Part shown: positions 33,829 to 44,369 of the stretch, piece after piece
Position numbering within the stretch: the first letter of the stretch is position 1
Layout: every line of letters starts with the position of its first letter
From: a virus
Lineage: Duplodnaviria; Caudoviricetes
Length of the DNA: 53,315 nucleotides
Virus record (IMG/VR): IMGVR_UViG_3300002855_000250
Location: 1 to 53,315 of that record
Direction: 5' to 3' (one strand)
Notes under the pieces: model-generated
What the model was told of the DNA's origin: nothing
Seen by the model: the letters and a program-made list of their open reading frames with translations, nothing else
Database searches by the model: none
Translations under genes and position numbers: made by a program

Positions 33829-34599
33829 TCAATAAGACTCTACGACTTCCCAAGGAACTTGTATCGTGGCGCTCCAACTACCTGTCTGCCAACTAATTCG
33901 TAAGTTTGTGCTAGACGTTAGCTCTACGCTCACCAAGTGGCTGGTGCCTGACGATCCGGCATGAGAATATGAGCCTCTGAGTCTCTCCTCAGACTTGTTC
34001 ACATCAACTGCTGATATAGGCACATCTACAGTTATTGTAGTGTTTCCTGAAGCGTTATTTGTAACAGCTGTAGTTCCTCTCAGAATCCGTTTAATACCGC
34101 CCACAGGCTTCCACGCTCCTGACGTAAAAATTTCTAAGACTCCTCCGTTGTCTCTCAAATCAGCTCTCGTCCAGACCTTAGACCCTAGTATATAGGCATC
34201 ACCAGCTACGAGGTTTATTCTTAACCCCTTAACAAAGTCCCAGTCTTCCGCATCTATTGAGTTCGAAGGGCATATATAAAAGTCCCCTGCTGCGCTAACG
34301 TGGGTAAGAACACTTCTTCTCCCCGCAACCTTAACCTTCAACGGTTGGTCGTTTGTATTTATGATACTCCCTGACATAATGCCGCCAGCTTTAGGCAAAG
34401 CCGCATCGGCTGTTATATGAGCATCCTCTATGCCCTTTTCCATCTTATTAAGGGCTGCTGCATTAACCGCCGTCCCTGCTTGCGTAACTGTACCAGGAGA
34501 CTGAACAAGCGTAACTTCTGTTGACGTTTCGCCGCTCTTTGTGTAACGGTTAGCAAACTGAACGATCCGATCAAGCCAATTCGTTTTTGTGTATGCCAC
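33829..34599 (-). CDS. Tail fibre protein
   Basis: MAYTKTNW.D...GT.VNA..LNKME.GI; ALPKAGG.M.G; IKRI.RG...ISAVD.NKS. Confidence 0.75.
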   Translation of the reverse strand: MAYTKTNWLDRIVQFANRYTKSGETSTEVTLVQSPGTVTQAGTAVNAAALNKMEKGIEDAHITADAALPKAGGIMSGSIINTNDQPLKVKVAGRRSVLTHVSAAGDFYICPSNSIDAEDWDFVKGLRINLVAGDAYILGSKVWTRADLRDNGGVLEIFTSGAWKPVGGIKRILRGTTAVTNNASGNTTITVDVPISAVDVNKSEERLRGSYSHAGSSGTSHLVSVELTSSTNLRISWQTGSWSATIQVPWEVVESY

Positions 34600-35136
34600 T
34601 TATAACCTCCCCCATCCTTCGCCGCAATAGAAAGTGCCACAATAACGAAAACTATCAACGACAAGCTGTCCATATTCAAATAGTTGCTTGATGTTTTTTT
34701 CGAGTCTCGACGCGTCCGCATCTGTGAAGCCTTTTTTGCTAACCCACGTTTTAGATCCGAGGTAACCCTCTGGATTAACAAAGTTTGTGTGGATGGATTG
34801 TAAGTTCTGTTCGATGCGATTTATATCCCTTAAGAAGTCCACGCTCAACTGTGTGCGGTTCGTTACCGTTGTCATCGCAGGCATTGCATATTGGATGCTT
34901 TCGAGAAAACTTAACACCGTCCTCGTATTTGCTTCAATGGCGTTAAAGTCCTCGGCGTTAATGCTGTCTAACGGCGTCCAATCCGTTTTAGGTGTGTACC
35001 ATGCGAGCGACAATCCGACCCAACTGTTCCAAAAAGATTCTGCGCCATTGGCATCGTTATATTGAGTGGTCGAATCATATTGAAGTGTCGAATCTGCCCC
35101 TGCTCCGTTATTCCAAAGTGCCTCGTAGTCTCTCAT
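34600..35136 (-). CDS. Minor tail protein
   Basis: W.TPKTDW...DFN.IE.N...D.NRIE.N...YCGTFYCG. Confidence 0.7.
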   Translation of the reverse strand: MRDYEALWNNGAGADSTLQYDSTTQYNDANGAESFWNSWVGLSLAWYTPKTDWTPLDSINAEDFNAIEANTRTVLSFLESIQYAMPAMTTVTNRTQLSVDFLRDINRIEQNLQSIHTNFVNPEGYLGSKTWVSKKGFTDADASRLEKNIKQLFEYGQLVVDSFRYCGTFYCGEGWGRL

Positions 35137-35149
35137 ATGCCACCTCGCA

Positions 35150-36577
35150 TTATGTCACGTTGCCCAACTTAACAACACCGACAACGCCAGTGTCTTCCAC
35201 CATGCTCCACTTCACTGTTCCAACATTACCTACAACTGCGACCTTTGTTCCACCCTTAATCTCTACACCATTTGTCTGCCCATCATCAATCATGTTCCCG
35301 CAAATGGATACATTTGTTGGATAAACCCCTGTGTCAGCCGTAATCCTGTCCAAAATAATTCCAGCATAGTTCGGACGCTTGATGATGTTATAACTGCATA
35401 CAATTCCATTAGAATTGACATTAAAGTGGATTGCGTATCTGCCGTTAGTTATCTGATTGTTTGTTATGCTCAGAGAAGAAACATTGTTGAGCACCCTTAT
35501 ACCGTCTATTGACGTATTACCAGCGGCAATTTGTATGATGTTATTTGATACAATCATATTGCTAACTACCATGCCAACTGGAGCGACGATTTCAATTCCA
35601 TTTGCATCCGCGCTTGTGATGTATATTTGGTTGTTGGAGAACGTGATGTCTGGTGCAAATATTGATACACCGGAAAATGAGTATACGTCCTTTGCCATAT
35701 CGATGATATTTCCCGTAGCCAAGCACCCGGGGGATTGTAGCTTCATGCCGCGTTTTTGACACCTGTACATATAATTGTTAGTGATACGCACATTTGCCCT
35801 TGTACTTTTGTAAGTGTCGTTCGTGTTTACATGTATGTCTTGTATAACAATTCCATCAGAATCAAATACATCCGGAACGCCAGTGTTTGAAGTGATTTCT
35901 TCTATGCGATTCCCATTGATCAAAACATCAGTAGTATCCGGTTCGGTAGAGGTGGACTTACTAATAAGTATTCCACGAGAAATACCTGTGCCGTATGACG
36001 CGCTAACATGGTGAACGTAGTTTCCTTCAACGAGTAGGTGATCAGCGCCACCATTTGCCCAAATCCCAACTGATTGACCTTGTACGCCGGCTGTCTGCGT
36101 AATGAATTTGATCTCGTTATTACGCACTGCTACATGCTTACAATTTTGATTAATTCGAATTCCGCGATTCGCCTTGCTGTTACCGTCGAATGTCAGTCCA
36201 TCGACAGTTACATTGGAAGCATTGATCACAAGTACCAAATCCATGCCGTTAGTATCACATTTAAGCACCGCACCAACTTCTGCAAATATAGATACCGTTG
36301 TTGTGAAACCAGAGAGTATACGATAGGTTCCTCTCGGAAAATACAATGGCTTACCAACGCTGAGGGCTGCGGAATGAGCTAAGTTGAGAGCGGTGATGTC
36401 GTCAGTCGTACCATTCCCTGTTGCGTAGTCCATGACGTTAATGTATCTAATCGTGCCATCTCTACCAGGTTCGCCTTTTTCGCCTTTTGGCCCTTGCGTT
36501 CCACCACCGCTAATTACAACTTCAGCCACTTTAGATTCCGTAAACTTCTTCCCTGCAGCGTAGGTAAGTATGTCCAT
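35150..36577 (-). CDS. Pectate-lyase-like parallel beta-helix protein (tailspike/depolymerase)
   Basis: INVMDY.TGNGTTDD..A...LYFPRGTY, many I.NN.I repeats, short GXY linker. Confidence 0.85.
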   Translation of the reverse strand: MDILTYAAGKKFTESKVAEVVISGGGTQGPKGEKGEPGRDGTIRYINVMDYATGNGTTDDITALNLAHSAALSVGKPLYFPRGTYRILSGFTTTVSIFAEVGAVLKCDTNGMDLVLVINASNVTVDGLTFDGNSKANRGIRINQNCKHVAVRNNEIKFITQTAGVQGQSVGIWANGGADHLLVEGNYVHHVSASYGTGISRGILISKSTSTEPDTTDVLINGNRIEEITSNTGVPDVFDSDGIVIQDIHVNTNDTYKSTRANVRITNNYMYRCQKRGMKLQSPGCLATGNIIDMAKDVYSFSGVSIFAPDITFSNNQIYITSADANGIEIVAPVGMVVSNMIVSNNIIQIAAGNTSIDGIRVLNNVSSLSITNNQITNGRYAIHFNVNSNGIVCSYNIIKRPNYAGIILDRITADTGVYPTNVSICGNMIDDGQTNGVEIKGGTKVAVVGNVGTVKWSMVEDTGVVGVVKLGNVT

Positions 36578-37002
36578 TACGACACAGCCTTTCCTTTAAC
36601 CGTGACATTCCCGCCTGATATTGCAGATATACGGGATCGAAAGGAAACTAATCCCGTTACATCAAATTGCCAAAGCTCATCTTTATTTGCGGTTTGTGAG
36701 CCCGTAGTTAAATCCTGCAGCTTAACACCTTGTATGGCATACCACGCGCCACTCGTGCTTGCTCCTTCAAAAACTATCGTCCTGCTTGTGCTTGTTCCGT
36801 ATATTTCGAGAGTTAAGGTTTTTAAATTACCAACAGAAATAGCCGTACCATTTCCCACTGCGCTTACTGCATTTTGTAAGATAGCATCTTCAACGATGCT
36901 GCCCGTTAGCACCTTTGGCTTAGATGTCGTATCCGATCCAGTGACCCAATCAGAAACCCTTTTCCACTTGTCGTACAAATCATTAAGCGTAATGAATGCC
37001 AT
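36577..37002 (-). CDS. Beta-rich tail-associated protein
   Basis: 141 aa, between the tail tip and tailspike genes. Confidence 0.6.
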   Translation of the reverse strand: MAFITLNDLYDKWKRVSDWVTGSDTTSKPKVLTGSIVEDAILQNAVSAVGNGTAISVGNLKTLTLEIYGTSTSRTIVFEGASTSGAWYAIQGVKLQDLTTGSQTANKDELWQFDVTGLVSFRSRISAISGGNVTVKGKAVS

Positions 37003-38576
37003 TAGTTAACCGCCCCCTTTGCCTCTGTGCGGGCTTGCAAGTAACCTTGGTATGTCAACTCTGTTTTAGTTATGCGGGCGCTCATGTCGCCACCATAGGT
37101 GTTCTCTATTGCTATAACATCGGATAGCTCATGCGCTGGATTACCGCGCCAGTTGACGGAATATTTCGCTCTGTATTGTTTCTGAGCAAGTATCCAATTA
37201 GCGACCGCTATAGCAACCGCTGATGTATTTATTAAAGTGTTTTCCTCAAGCTTAAGAGTGTCGCCAAGGTCAACGCCTGACGCGCTCACTGAGGCTACAA
37301 CAGACGTTTCGAGGTTTGTCCAGTACGTAACATCAACTTGCTTTACAATGCGTTCTAGCTCAATCTTGGGCTCGTTGTAGATGTTGTCGAAATCAACTCG
37401 ATCAACCGGAGAACTATATGGCAGTTGCTTGATCGTTATAATGTTTTCCCGAGTTACGTATATATTGCACCGTCCAGCTATAGCGATCATCTGCAGGAGT
37501 GTTTTGCAGTCAACCTTTTTAGCGATGCAATTAGTCGTTATTGATTTAAGAGCAATGTCAATTGCATAATTGGCGATGCCGCATCTAGTGAATACGATAA
37601 CGGCCAGATCGTATAGCGTACGAGTGATAGGCGTAAGTTGTTCGTAATCGAAATTAGCCATGAGGTCAAGGTTTGTTCTAGCTGTAAATGTGGCGGTTAA
37701 TGATCCTTCTTCGCTCATCCATTCCCAGAGTAAGTAATTCCCAAGCGGTACATATTCGATCTTACCGTTTTCAAGTTCCACGCCTAAATCTGCGATTACT
37801 TGTTGCCGCTGCTGGAGGTATTTATAAAAGCCTGTTGGATTCAAAATGTTAAATAATCTTTCCGAGTTATCGACGGTGAATCTAAACTCTGGCGAAGGGA
37901 GTTGTCCGCTTGTCATGTCCATCTCTTCGATGAGATTGCACGAAATAAGCGAATCGTCGTTGTAGGTGATAAGAAAACCAAAATCAAGTTCAAGCACCCG
38001 AGCCCGTCGATTGCCGACACTCCATTTTGTTATAGTCAATATTATTTTTTTGTACCATAAAAACTGACCGAGAAAAGCGCGTGTTGTTTCGGTGTTACCC
38101 GTGACGTTAACGCTATCGATCAGCCCTCCAGAAGCGTTGTAGGCGCTCAGGTTGAAGTCTGTAGCGTATTCGTTGTTAGATGTGTCAAAAGTAACTGTGA
38201 GGCCTGCGCTTGAGTGATTAGTACCGAAATTGACCGTTATGGTTTGTGGCACCGTGAACGTCCCTGCTGCATTACAAAGTACGGAGCTAACAAAACCAAC
38301 CTCGCCGTTATTCGCTGGAGTTACATCATCAGCAAAAGAAAAAGAACCGTCCAGCTTGAAACGGTCCTGTTCAAGTGTGGCGAGGTTGGTCTTCGCTTCC
38401 CTGACGTTATTGTTTATCTGTGCCTTTTGGCTAATAGAAGCGAGCTCAGTTGTTGTTGCGATGCTCGTTACATCATCAGCAGCGGTGACATCTGAAATGT
38501 CGAAGGTGATGCGAGCGCTAACCGTTCGGACAGGCGCATAAACCGCATCTTTATATGCTTGTGATGTTGGATACAT
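37002..38576 (-). CDS. Tail tip / baseplate hub protein
   Basis: MYPTS.AYK, WRGNPA.ELSD; follows the distal tail gene. Confidence 0.75.
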   Translation of the reverse strand: MYPTSQAYKDAVYAPVRTVSARITFDISDVTAADDVTSIATTTELASISQKAQINNNVREAKTNLATLEQDRFKLDGSFSFADDVTPANNGEVGFVSSVLCNAAGTFTVPQTITVNFGTNHSSAGLTVTFDTSNNEYATDFNLSAYNASGGLIDSVNVTGNTETTRAFLGQFLWYKKIILTITKWSVGNRRARVLELDFGFLITYNDDSLISCNLIEEMDMTSGQLPSPEFRFTVDNSERLFNILNPTGFYKYLQQRQQVIADLGVELENGKIEYVPLGNYLLWEWMSEEGSLTATFTARTNLDLMANFDYEQLTPITRTLYDLAVIVFTRCGIANYAIDIALKSITTNCIAKKVDCKTLLQMIAIAGRCNIYVTRENIITIKQLPYSSPVDRVDFDNIYNEPKIELERIVKQVDVTYWTNLETSVVASVSASGVDLGDTLKLEENTLINTSAVAIAVANWILAQKQYRAKYSVNWRGNPAHELSDVIAIENTYGGDMSARITKTELTYQGYLQARTEAKGAVN

Positions 38577-38584
38577 GCGCCCAC

Positions 38585-38941
38585 CTACCTTTCGATTATG
38601 TTGAATTTTACATCCTTGTATCTTGGAACTCCGTTACGATAATCCATAATCGGCATGCTCCTACCACCTTTATAGAACGTTGCCGTTCTAAGTGCGTTAG
38701 AGACGGGATCGATATAAGTGACATTGAAGAATTGTGGTTTTATGGCCGTTAGTAATTTTGATAATTGCGTTGCACTAAGGTATGCCCATGAAAGCTCAAT
38801 CTTGGCTTTTGTGGCTATATGTTCGCCAATCATTGTTGCTCTAGCATTCCGTTCCCACTTACCAATATCTTCTTCTCCGGGCGTCATCGCAGAGGGGCTT
38901 GGCATATCAACCCCATTAACCTTTAATAGAGGCATCGCCAC
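38585..38941 (-). CDS. Distal tail protein
   Basis: L.VNG..MPSP...RNA..TM...K.KIE.SW...FNIIER; directly after the tape measure gene. Confidence 0.7.
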   Translation of the reverse strand: MAMPLLKVNGVDMPSPSAMTPGEEDIGKWERNARATMIGEHIATKAKIELSWAYLSATQLSKLLTAIKPQFFNVTYIDPVSNALRTATFYKGGRSMPIMDYRNGVPRYKDVKFNIIER

Positions 38942-38947
38942 CCCTCC

Positions 38948-41410
38948 TTATGTCGACTTGATCAAAGAGCCACCGATGCGGTTGTTCTCTTTTGCGGTAT
39001 ATTGTTGGATCGCTCTGGCGATTGTAACGCCGTCAATTTGGATAACAGTGTCGCCTTTGTTGTTGTCGCTTTGCCCCATTTGCATAGCATTCATTACGGC
39101 CGTTCCCAGCGCTGCCGCAATCTTATCGGTGAATGATGTGTTTTCTAATGGGACCACCATTTCAGCCCCGGCTTCACCGGCAACGAAATTACCAAAGTTT
39201 GTGGCTCCGTCGACAATACCACCTCTTGCGAGACGAGGTATTTTAGGGATGTTAACGCCAAAAGACTGCCCTCCCATCCAATCAGGTAGATCGATGCTTA
39301 GGCTATTCAACCCTGAGATGACTGAATTAATTCCATCAATAATCTGATTAAGTGGGAATTTAACGATCGACCACAAGCTATCAAAAACACCTTTGAAAAT
39401 CTTCTTGACGCCTTCCCACGCTTTTTCCCAGTCTCCAGTAAATACACCAGTGATGAAGTTCATTAGGCCGATGAAGATTTCTTTTATACCGTTGATAATG
39501 CCGCCAATTGTTTTGAAAACATTATCAAACACACCAAGAAACACTTCGCCGAGATAAGTGGCAAGTGGTTTAAGAACGCTTTTCCAAAGGTATTCAATAA
39601 CCTTCACTGCGTCCTGCCATATTGGCAACATGGTACCGCTCAAGAATTTTCCGAGTGGGACAAAGACCTTCTCCCATAGGAACGTCAATACCGCCGAAAT
39701 GGCTTCGACAGCTGGACCGAACATTTCCTTGAGTGCTTTACCGAGTGGAACAAGAACATTCTCCCAAAATGACTTGGCTATTTTCGAAACAATCTCGAAG
39801 GCAACAGCTAGAACGTCTTTTAGAATTGCTGCCAGTGGAGTGATGACCGTTTTATAAAAGGTTGTTAAAAATGACCCCATTGGAACGAGCACATTTTTCC
39901 AAACCCATTCAGCGGCAACCTTTAAGGCATTCCATGCCGCTACGAATACGTCACCTAGGAATCTGCCTAGCGGGACAAGAACATCAGTCCAAAGCCATTT
40001 AGCTACATCACCAATCTTTTGCAGAATTCCATCGACAACACCACGAAATCCCTCATTCGTCCGGTAGAAATATACAAAGGCAGCAACTAAAGCGGCTATT
40101 GCTATAACAATTAAACCTATCGGCGAGAGGATCAGACCAAACACAGCCCCTAGTCCGCTAAGAGCTGTCCTTATTCCAGATATAATACCAGCCCAGTTAT
40201 TGGCGATAAACACCAAGGAAAATGCGGTTCCAATGCCAGCTAATGCAGATATGATGATGTCCTTGTTATTAACGATAAAGTCTCGCATTTCTCCGAATGC
40301 AGTTTTCACTCTTTCAGCCATTTCCTTAGCCTTATCTGCAACGCTAGTCATAGAGTCGGAGACACCGGATAGTAATCCAGAAGTGTCGCCCAGCGACGGA
40401 GCAAAGTCTGCCATTCCAGCGGAATTGTCTGCGCCAGACCCACCACTTCCGAGTGTGTTAACCTCATCAAAGCCAGCCACTGAACTTGCGGCTTTCTTGG
40501 CGGACTTTCCAGCGTCTTCGTATGCGTCGCTAAGACCGCCGACTGCGGCCACTTGGTTTGATGTGGCATCAGTACTCGCTTTTGACGACCCGAATATCGC
40601 GCTTACGAATGCTCTTGCATACTGGGCAGCTGTCAAAAAAGCATTGGCAACAGCACGTATGGTGGGGAGCAGCGCTTGTAGGATCGGGAGTATACCACGA
40701 CCTATTTCCATTTTTATGGAGTCGAAAGTATATCTCAACTGCTTCATTTGCCCCTGAGGAGTCTTACCTAACTCCTCATTCATTTTTCCGATCGAGCCCT
40801 CAACAATCTCGGCCAATAAGGATACTCGTTGTGCTTCGCTACCATACTTGAGCATCTTTTCCTCGGCCTTACTAAACGTAAAGCCATAACGCTTGAGGGC
40901 TCCGGTCTGACCATCCAATACTTTACCGAGCATTGTAGCCATTGACGTAGCTTGCTCTGCAGATGCAGACATGCCATATTGTTGCGCGATTAGATCATTA
41001 AGCGTGGGCATGATTGCCTTTAACCCCGCTGCGCTGTCTAAGTATGTGGCAAGCTCTTGTGCAGCAGAAGTCTGTGCCACTACATCGACAACTCCAATTC
41101 CCTCCTGCGCATTAATCAGATCCTTTACCGACCTAATCGCATCATCTGTGGCACCCATCCTCGACCGCATTACTGTCGCGAGCTTTGCTTCATTGACGGC
41201 CATCTGATTCGACGCTTCGTATGACGCCTTTCCAAAATCGACGATCTTTTTCACAGCAAAAGCAGCGGCGAATGCGCCAGCCATCTTTTTCAGCGAACTG
41301 CTCATCCCACTTTGGAAATTTTTCATGTCTCGGTTTGCCTTCTTCATCCCGGCATTCATTCCAGAGAAATCAGCACCTGCACGGACAATTAACTGCTTGA
41401 CTACGGCGAT
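38948..41410 (-). CDS. Tape measure protein
   Basis: Ala/Gly-rich, W/F-periodic repeats, IPRLARGGIV...AGEAG.E; probable ATC start at 41410 behind AAAGGGGG. Confidence 0.9.
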   Translation of the reverse strand: MAVVKQLIVRAGADFSGMNAGMKKANRDMKNFQSGMSSSLKKMAGAFAAAFAVKKIVDFGKASYEASNQMAVNEAKLATVMRSRMGATDDAIRSVKDLINAQEGIGVVDVVAQTSAAQELATYLDSAAGLKAIMPTLNDLIAQQYGMSASAEQATSMATMLGKVLDGQTGALKRYGFTFSKAEEKMLKYGSEAQRVSLLAEIVEGSIGKMNEELGKTPQGQMKQLRYTFDSIKMEIGRGILPILQALLPTIRAVANAFLTAAQYARAFVSAIFGSSKASTDATSNQVAAVGGLSDAYEDAGKSAKKAASSVAGFDEVNTLGSGGSGADNSAGMADFAPSLGDTSGLLSGVSDSMTSVADKAKEMAERVKTAFGEMRDFIVNNKDIIISALAGIGTAFSLVFIANNWAGIISGIRTALSGLGAVFGLILSPIGLIVIAIAALVAAFVYFYRTNEGFRGVVDGILQKIGDVAKWLWTDVLVPLGRFLGDVFVAAWNALKVAAEWVWKNVLVPMGSFLTTFYKTVITPLAAILKDVLAVAFEIVSKIAKSFWENVLVPLGKALKEMFGPAVEAISAVLTFLWEKVFVPLGKFLSGTMLPIWQDAVKVIEYLWKSVLKPLATYLGEVFLGVFDNVFKTIGGIINGIKEIFIGLMNFITGVFTGDWEKAWEGVKKIFKGVFDSLWSIVKFPLNQIIDGINSVISGLNSLSIDLPDWMGGQSFGVNIPKIPRLARGGIVDGATNFGNFVAGEAGAEMVVPLENTSFTDKIAAALGTAVMNAMQMGQSDNNKGDTVIQIDGVTIARAIQQYTAKENNRIGGSLIKST

Positions 41411-41432
41411 GACAGTCGCCCCCTTTCTCACG

Positions 41433-41461
41433 CGAAAAAGAGCGACCTTAGTCGCCCTCTA
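41433..41461 (-). terminator. Intrinsic terminator between the chaperone and tape measure genes
   Basis: AGAGGGCGAC-TAAG-GTCGCTCT-TTTT on the minus strand. Confidence 0.6.
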
Positions 41462-42123
41462 GAATGTCTCACCGCCTAAAGCGGCGTTCCATTTCTTAAT
41501 TTGTTCAAACATCTCTTCATCTGTTTGTTCTTTCTTTTCCACTTCCAATTTGACTCCGAATGCATCTTCGAAGGTTGGGAATTTTTTCAGAAGCGGAAGC
41601 TTTGCACCCATGTACGTGAGTATCATATTGAACTTTTGATCCTCGTCTTTAGCCCGATAGAACTCCTCGATATGCATATTAAGCTCGGCGGGAGTCATAT
41701 CGTCATATGCAGTCTTACTTATCCCTACGCGGGTCGCTAACCTTAGGCTTTCCTTCCAGCTCCACGGCGTTGAGCTCGATTCTGCGCCGGCTGAATTGGC
41801 GCTGGCAAGTTTCCCTCCGCCATTCCACCAAACGATGCTTCAAACGCTTCTTGCATTTTTTCGATGACGTGAACATATTTAGGTGCTTTATCTAATAAAT
41901 CCTCCATCTGTTCAAGTTCCAAGGCCTCACCATTATTTTGCGCATCAGCCAAGATACCGCAGTAGATGAACACTTCGATTTGTTCGAAGTCAACACCACC
42001 AGCCTCTAAATCTTCCAGTGATCTGCCTGTCAATGCTGATAGCTTTTTTAATGCTTTATGACCAAAGCGTATTTCACGCGGTTTATCGAGTTGAATGATT
42101 ATTACGTCGTTATCGTTGCTCAC
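41459..42123 (-). CDS. Tail assembly chaperones G and G-T (41743-42123 plus a -1 frameshift extension to 41459)
   Basis: Slippery G GGA AAC at 41809-41815; the -1 frame stays open into MTPAEL... Confidence 0.85.
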
Positions 42124-42187
42124 GAAATCCCCTCCATTGGGAATAGACCGGAGCGCATAGCCCCGGCCCTGGTTGATTGATTACTGC

Positions 42188-42895
42188 TTAGGCAGTCTTT
42201 ATAACCACAACTTCATAAACCTTCTGCGTCTTGCCGTCTTCGTTGGCTAGGATTGTCAGTTTTTTGCCGACACTTAACGCTAATGGGATAGCTGCCGAAG
42301 GACTTCCGGAAACGAGATCTTGAGAGAATGCACCATCGATGTACAGTGCGATTTTTTGCCCCGCACCTGTAGCTGTTACAGTCACGCTCGTAGCAGTCAC
42401 GCCTCCGAAAGAGTAGCTGTTATTGCTTGTGTTAAAGGCAGGTGACAACGTACCTCCTGTGCCCGTGAGCGCAAGTCCAGTTAACCCTGCGCTTGGTGTT
42501 AATGCAAGTGTTGGCTTACCGGACACTTTAATAGTGCCTTCAAAGCTGACTGCATCCTCCAAGTCGGCACCTGTCTTAAACCCCGTTACTACCCCTTTGA
42601 AAATCCAAGACGCGCCAAGAGCAGCGGGGAAGATAATACTAAAGTCCAAGGTATCTCCGCTTTCAAAAGCATCATACATCGCGGCCTGTCCTAAATTACC
42701 GGGTTCGAAAAATCCAGAAATAGGTACTTCTCCAGCATCCTTAAACCCACCGATATAATCGCGGTACCCGCCGCCGCTATCTAGTGTTGTTACATCGATC
42801 GTATCTGCGGACAACTCAAGACCGCCGATAGATTTGAGGCCTGCGATAAAGTTAGTACCGATTTTCATTTTCGTTCCGACTGAACGTTTCGCCAA
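42188..42895 (-). CDS. Major tail tube protein with a C-terminal Ig/cadherin-like domain
   Basis: IDVTTLDS..G...YIGG.KD.G; LSPAFN...Y...V.VTAT...K.Y.V. Confidence 0.88.
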   Translation of the reverse strand: MAKRSVGTKMKIGTNFIAGLKSIGGLELSADTIDVTTLDSGGGYRDYIGGFKDAGEVPISGFFEPGNLGQAAMYDAFESGDTLDFSIIFPAALGASWIFKGVVTGFKTGADLEDAVSFEGTIKVSGKPTLALTPSAGLTGLALTGTGGTLSPAFNTSNNSYSFGGVTATSVTVTATGAGQKIALYIDGAFSQDLVSGSPSAAIPLALSVGKKLTILANEDGKTQKVYEVVVIKTA

Positions 42896-42913
42896 GGATC
42901 AACGCCTCCTGTT

Positions 42914-43315
42914 CTATTCAAAATAAACACTGAAATTAATAATTTTCCGCCAAAGCTTGGGAAGTGGCTCGTACTTCTCAATAGGTTCCTCGTAAGTTAC
43001 TTCTTGGATGAACGGCCCATCTTCGCCAATTGACCGTAATTCAAAGCTGATGAGTTTATCGATGACCGCGGATTCGAGCGGTTTGAGGTTGGTATAAGTC
43101 GATGCAATGACGAACAATTCCACATCAACCTTTTTCAAACCCTGATACCCATCTAAACTTTTAACTCGTGAACCATCACTAGACGAATAAACGACATATG
43201 GCGCTTTTAGAGGCTCCTTGTTGACGTCCTTTTCGGGAGCGACAAGTGGGAAAACTTTGTTTATCAGTTGCGGAATCGTCATTAACTCAGCCGTCAACGC
43301 CGCTTCGAAATCCAT
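42914..43315 (-). CDS. Tail terminator/completion protein
   Basis: VFPL.APE...PYVVY; synteny. Confidence 0.75.
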   Translation of the reverse strand: MDFEAALTAELMTIPQLINKVFPLVAPEKDVNKEPLKAPYVVYSSSDGSRVKSLDGYQGLKKVDVELFVIASTYTNLKPLESAVIDKLISFELRSIGEDGPFIQEVTYEEPIEKYEPLPKLWRKIINFSVYFE

Positions 43316-43319
43316 GCGA

Positions 43320-43769
43320 TCACCCTCCCTTCATCACCTTGTCTATTTCTTTTCCTGCCACTCCCACGACCTTAGCTTCAATGGCTGTGGCGTTATTGAC
43401 AATTGAATCTCGCAGGAAATGGTAGCCCGGAACAAACCCGCCATCGACTGTCATAAATCCGTACTCTTGCGAGGCCGGATAGTACGAGCGTTTACCGTCA
43501 TTGGATTCGTCCGCAAAGACATCATCCATAGCTGGATCAAATGTTACATCATAGACGGCCTTTCCGGGTTTTGTCTTGCGCTCCTTTTTTAGGACGATAC
43601 CTTTTTTCAAGTTACCAAGATCCTCGGGAGCGTTGAGTTTTGCCGCTTTGCGCGCAATTGCCGCACCTGAACGGGCGGCTTTGTTGACGACCTTCTGAGG
43701 GATCTTTTCAAGGTTCTTCATCATCTTCTCGAGTTCTTTCATGCCGACAATCTCGTTGCGATTAGCCAT
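43320..43769 (-). CDS. HK97 gp10-family neck protein
   Basis: GMKEL, AP.D.GNLK..I, QEYG, FLR.S. Confidence 0.85.
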   Translation of the reverse strand: MANRNEIVGMKELEKMMKNLEKIPQKVVNKAARSGAAIARKAAKLNAPEDLGNLKKGIVLKKERKTKPGKAVYDVTFDPAMDDVFADESNDGKRSYYPASQEYGFMTVDGGFVPGYHFLRDSIVNNATAIEAKVVGVAGKEIDKVMKGG

Positions 43770-43773
43770 ACGA

Positions 43774-44082
43774 TCATCCCTTCAACGGATAACGGGAGCA
43801 GATGAGTTCTATCCTCTCTCCATTTTTCGAAAAGGTTCGAATGATGTAATAAACCGTTTCGCCGTACTTCAATTTGGGCTCATCGTTATATTCAATCGAC
43901 TGAACCTCGAAGACTATCTCAGGTTTAATCCCTACGGCTGCGGCCTGATAAAACTCCGATTGCCTCACGGATTTCTTGTTGGCAATGATCTCTCTTGGCT
44001 CGCCATCAACGTCTATAATTTCGCCGTTCTTTTCCTGTTCCTGTGTCACCGCTATAAGCCCCACAACGTCACGCCACAGCAC
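43774..44082 (-). CDS. Head closure (head-tail adaptor) protein
   Basis: KSVRQSEFYQA...G.KPE...Y.IIRT...IEL.C. Confidence 0.85.
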   Translation of the reverse strand: MLWRDVVGLIAVTQEQEKNGEIIDVDGEPREIIANKKSVRQSEFYQAAAVGIKPEIVFEVQSIEYNDEPKLKYGETVYYIIRTFSKNGERIELICSRYPLKG

Positions 44083-44369
44083 TATGCATCACCTACCGTA
44101 TACTCCTGTGATAGCGTCAGGTGAGCCTTTAGGGACTCGTAGGAGCGTTGGAACTTCTCAGCGTCCGGATTATCAAGACCAAAGTTAGCCTTTGCGTAGA
44201 CGGTTATAGCTCGCCTGATAAGCGAATCGGAATCATCCTCGACCTTAGACGCAAGAACGCCCGAGAGACGTAAGTCATCCCGGGCTGCGGCTATCAAGTC
44301 TTCAACTTCCGAATCAAAGGCAGTGGTGCTGACACTAATCCTTAGTGCTTGCTTTACGTTTTGGAGCAT
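44082..44369 (-). CDS. Head-tail connector (gp6-like)
   Basis: VKQALRI...D.E..DLI.AA..DL...YAKANFG.DN. Confidence 0.88.
   Translation of the reverse strand: MLQNVKQALRISVSTTAFDSEVEDLIAAARDDLRLSGVLASKVEDDSDSLIRRAITVYAKANFGLDNPDAEKFQRSYESLKAHLTLSQEYTVGDA

Noticed and set aside
36460-36500. Collagen-like fibre
   Set aside because: Only about five GXY triplets; a linker
33829-36577. Diversity-generating retroelement or invertible tail-fibre cassette
   Set aside because: No reverse transcriptase, invertase or template/variable repeat pair seen
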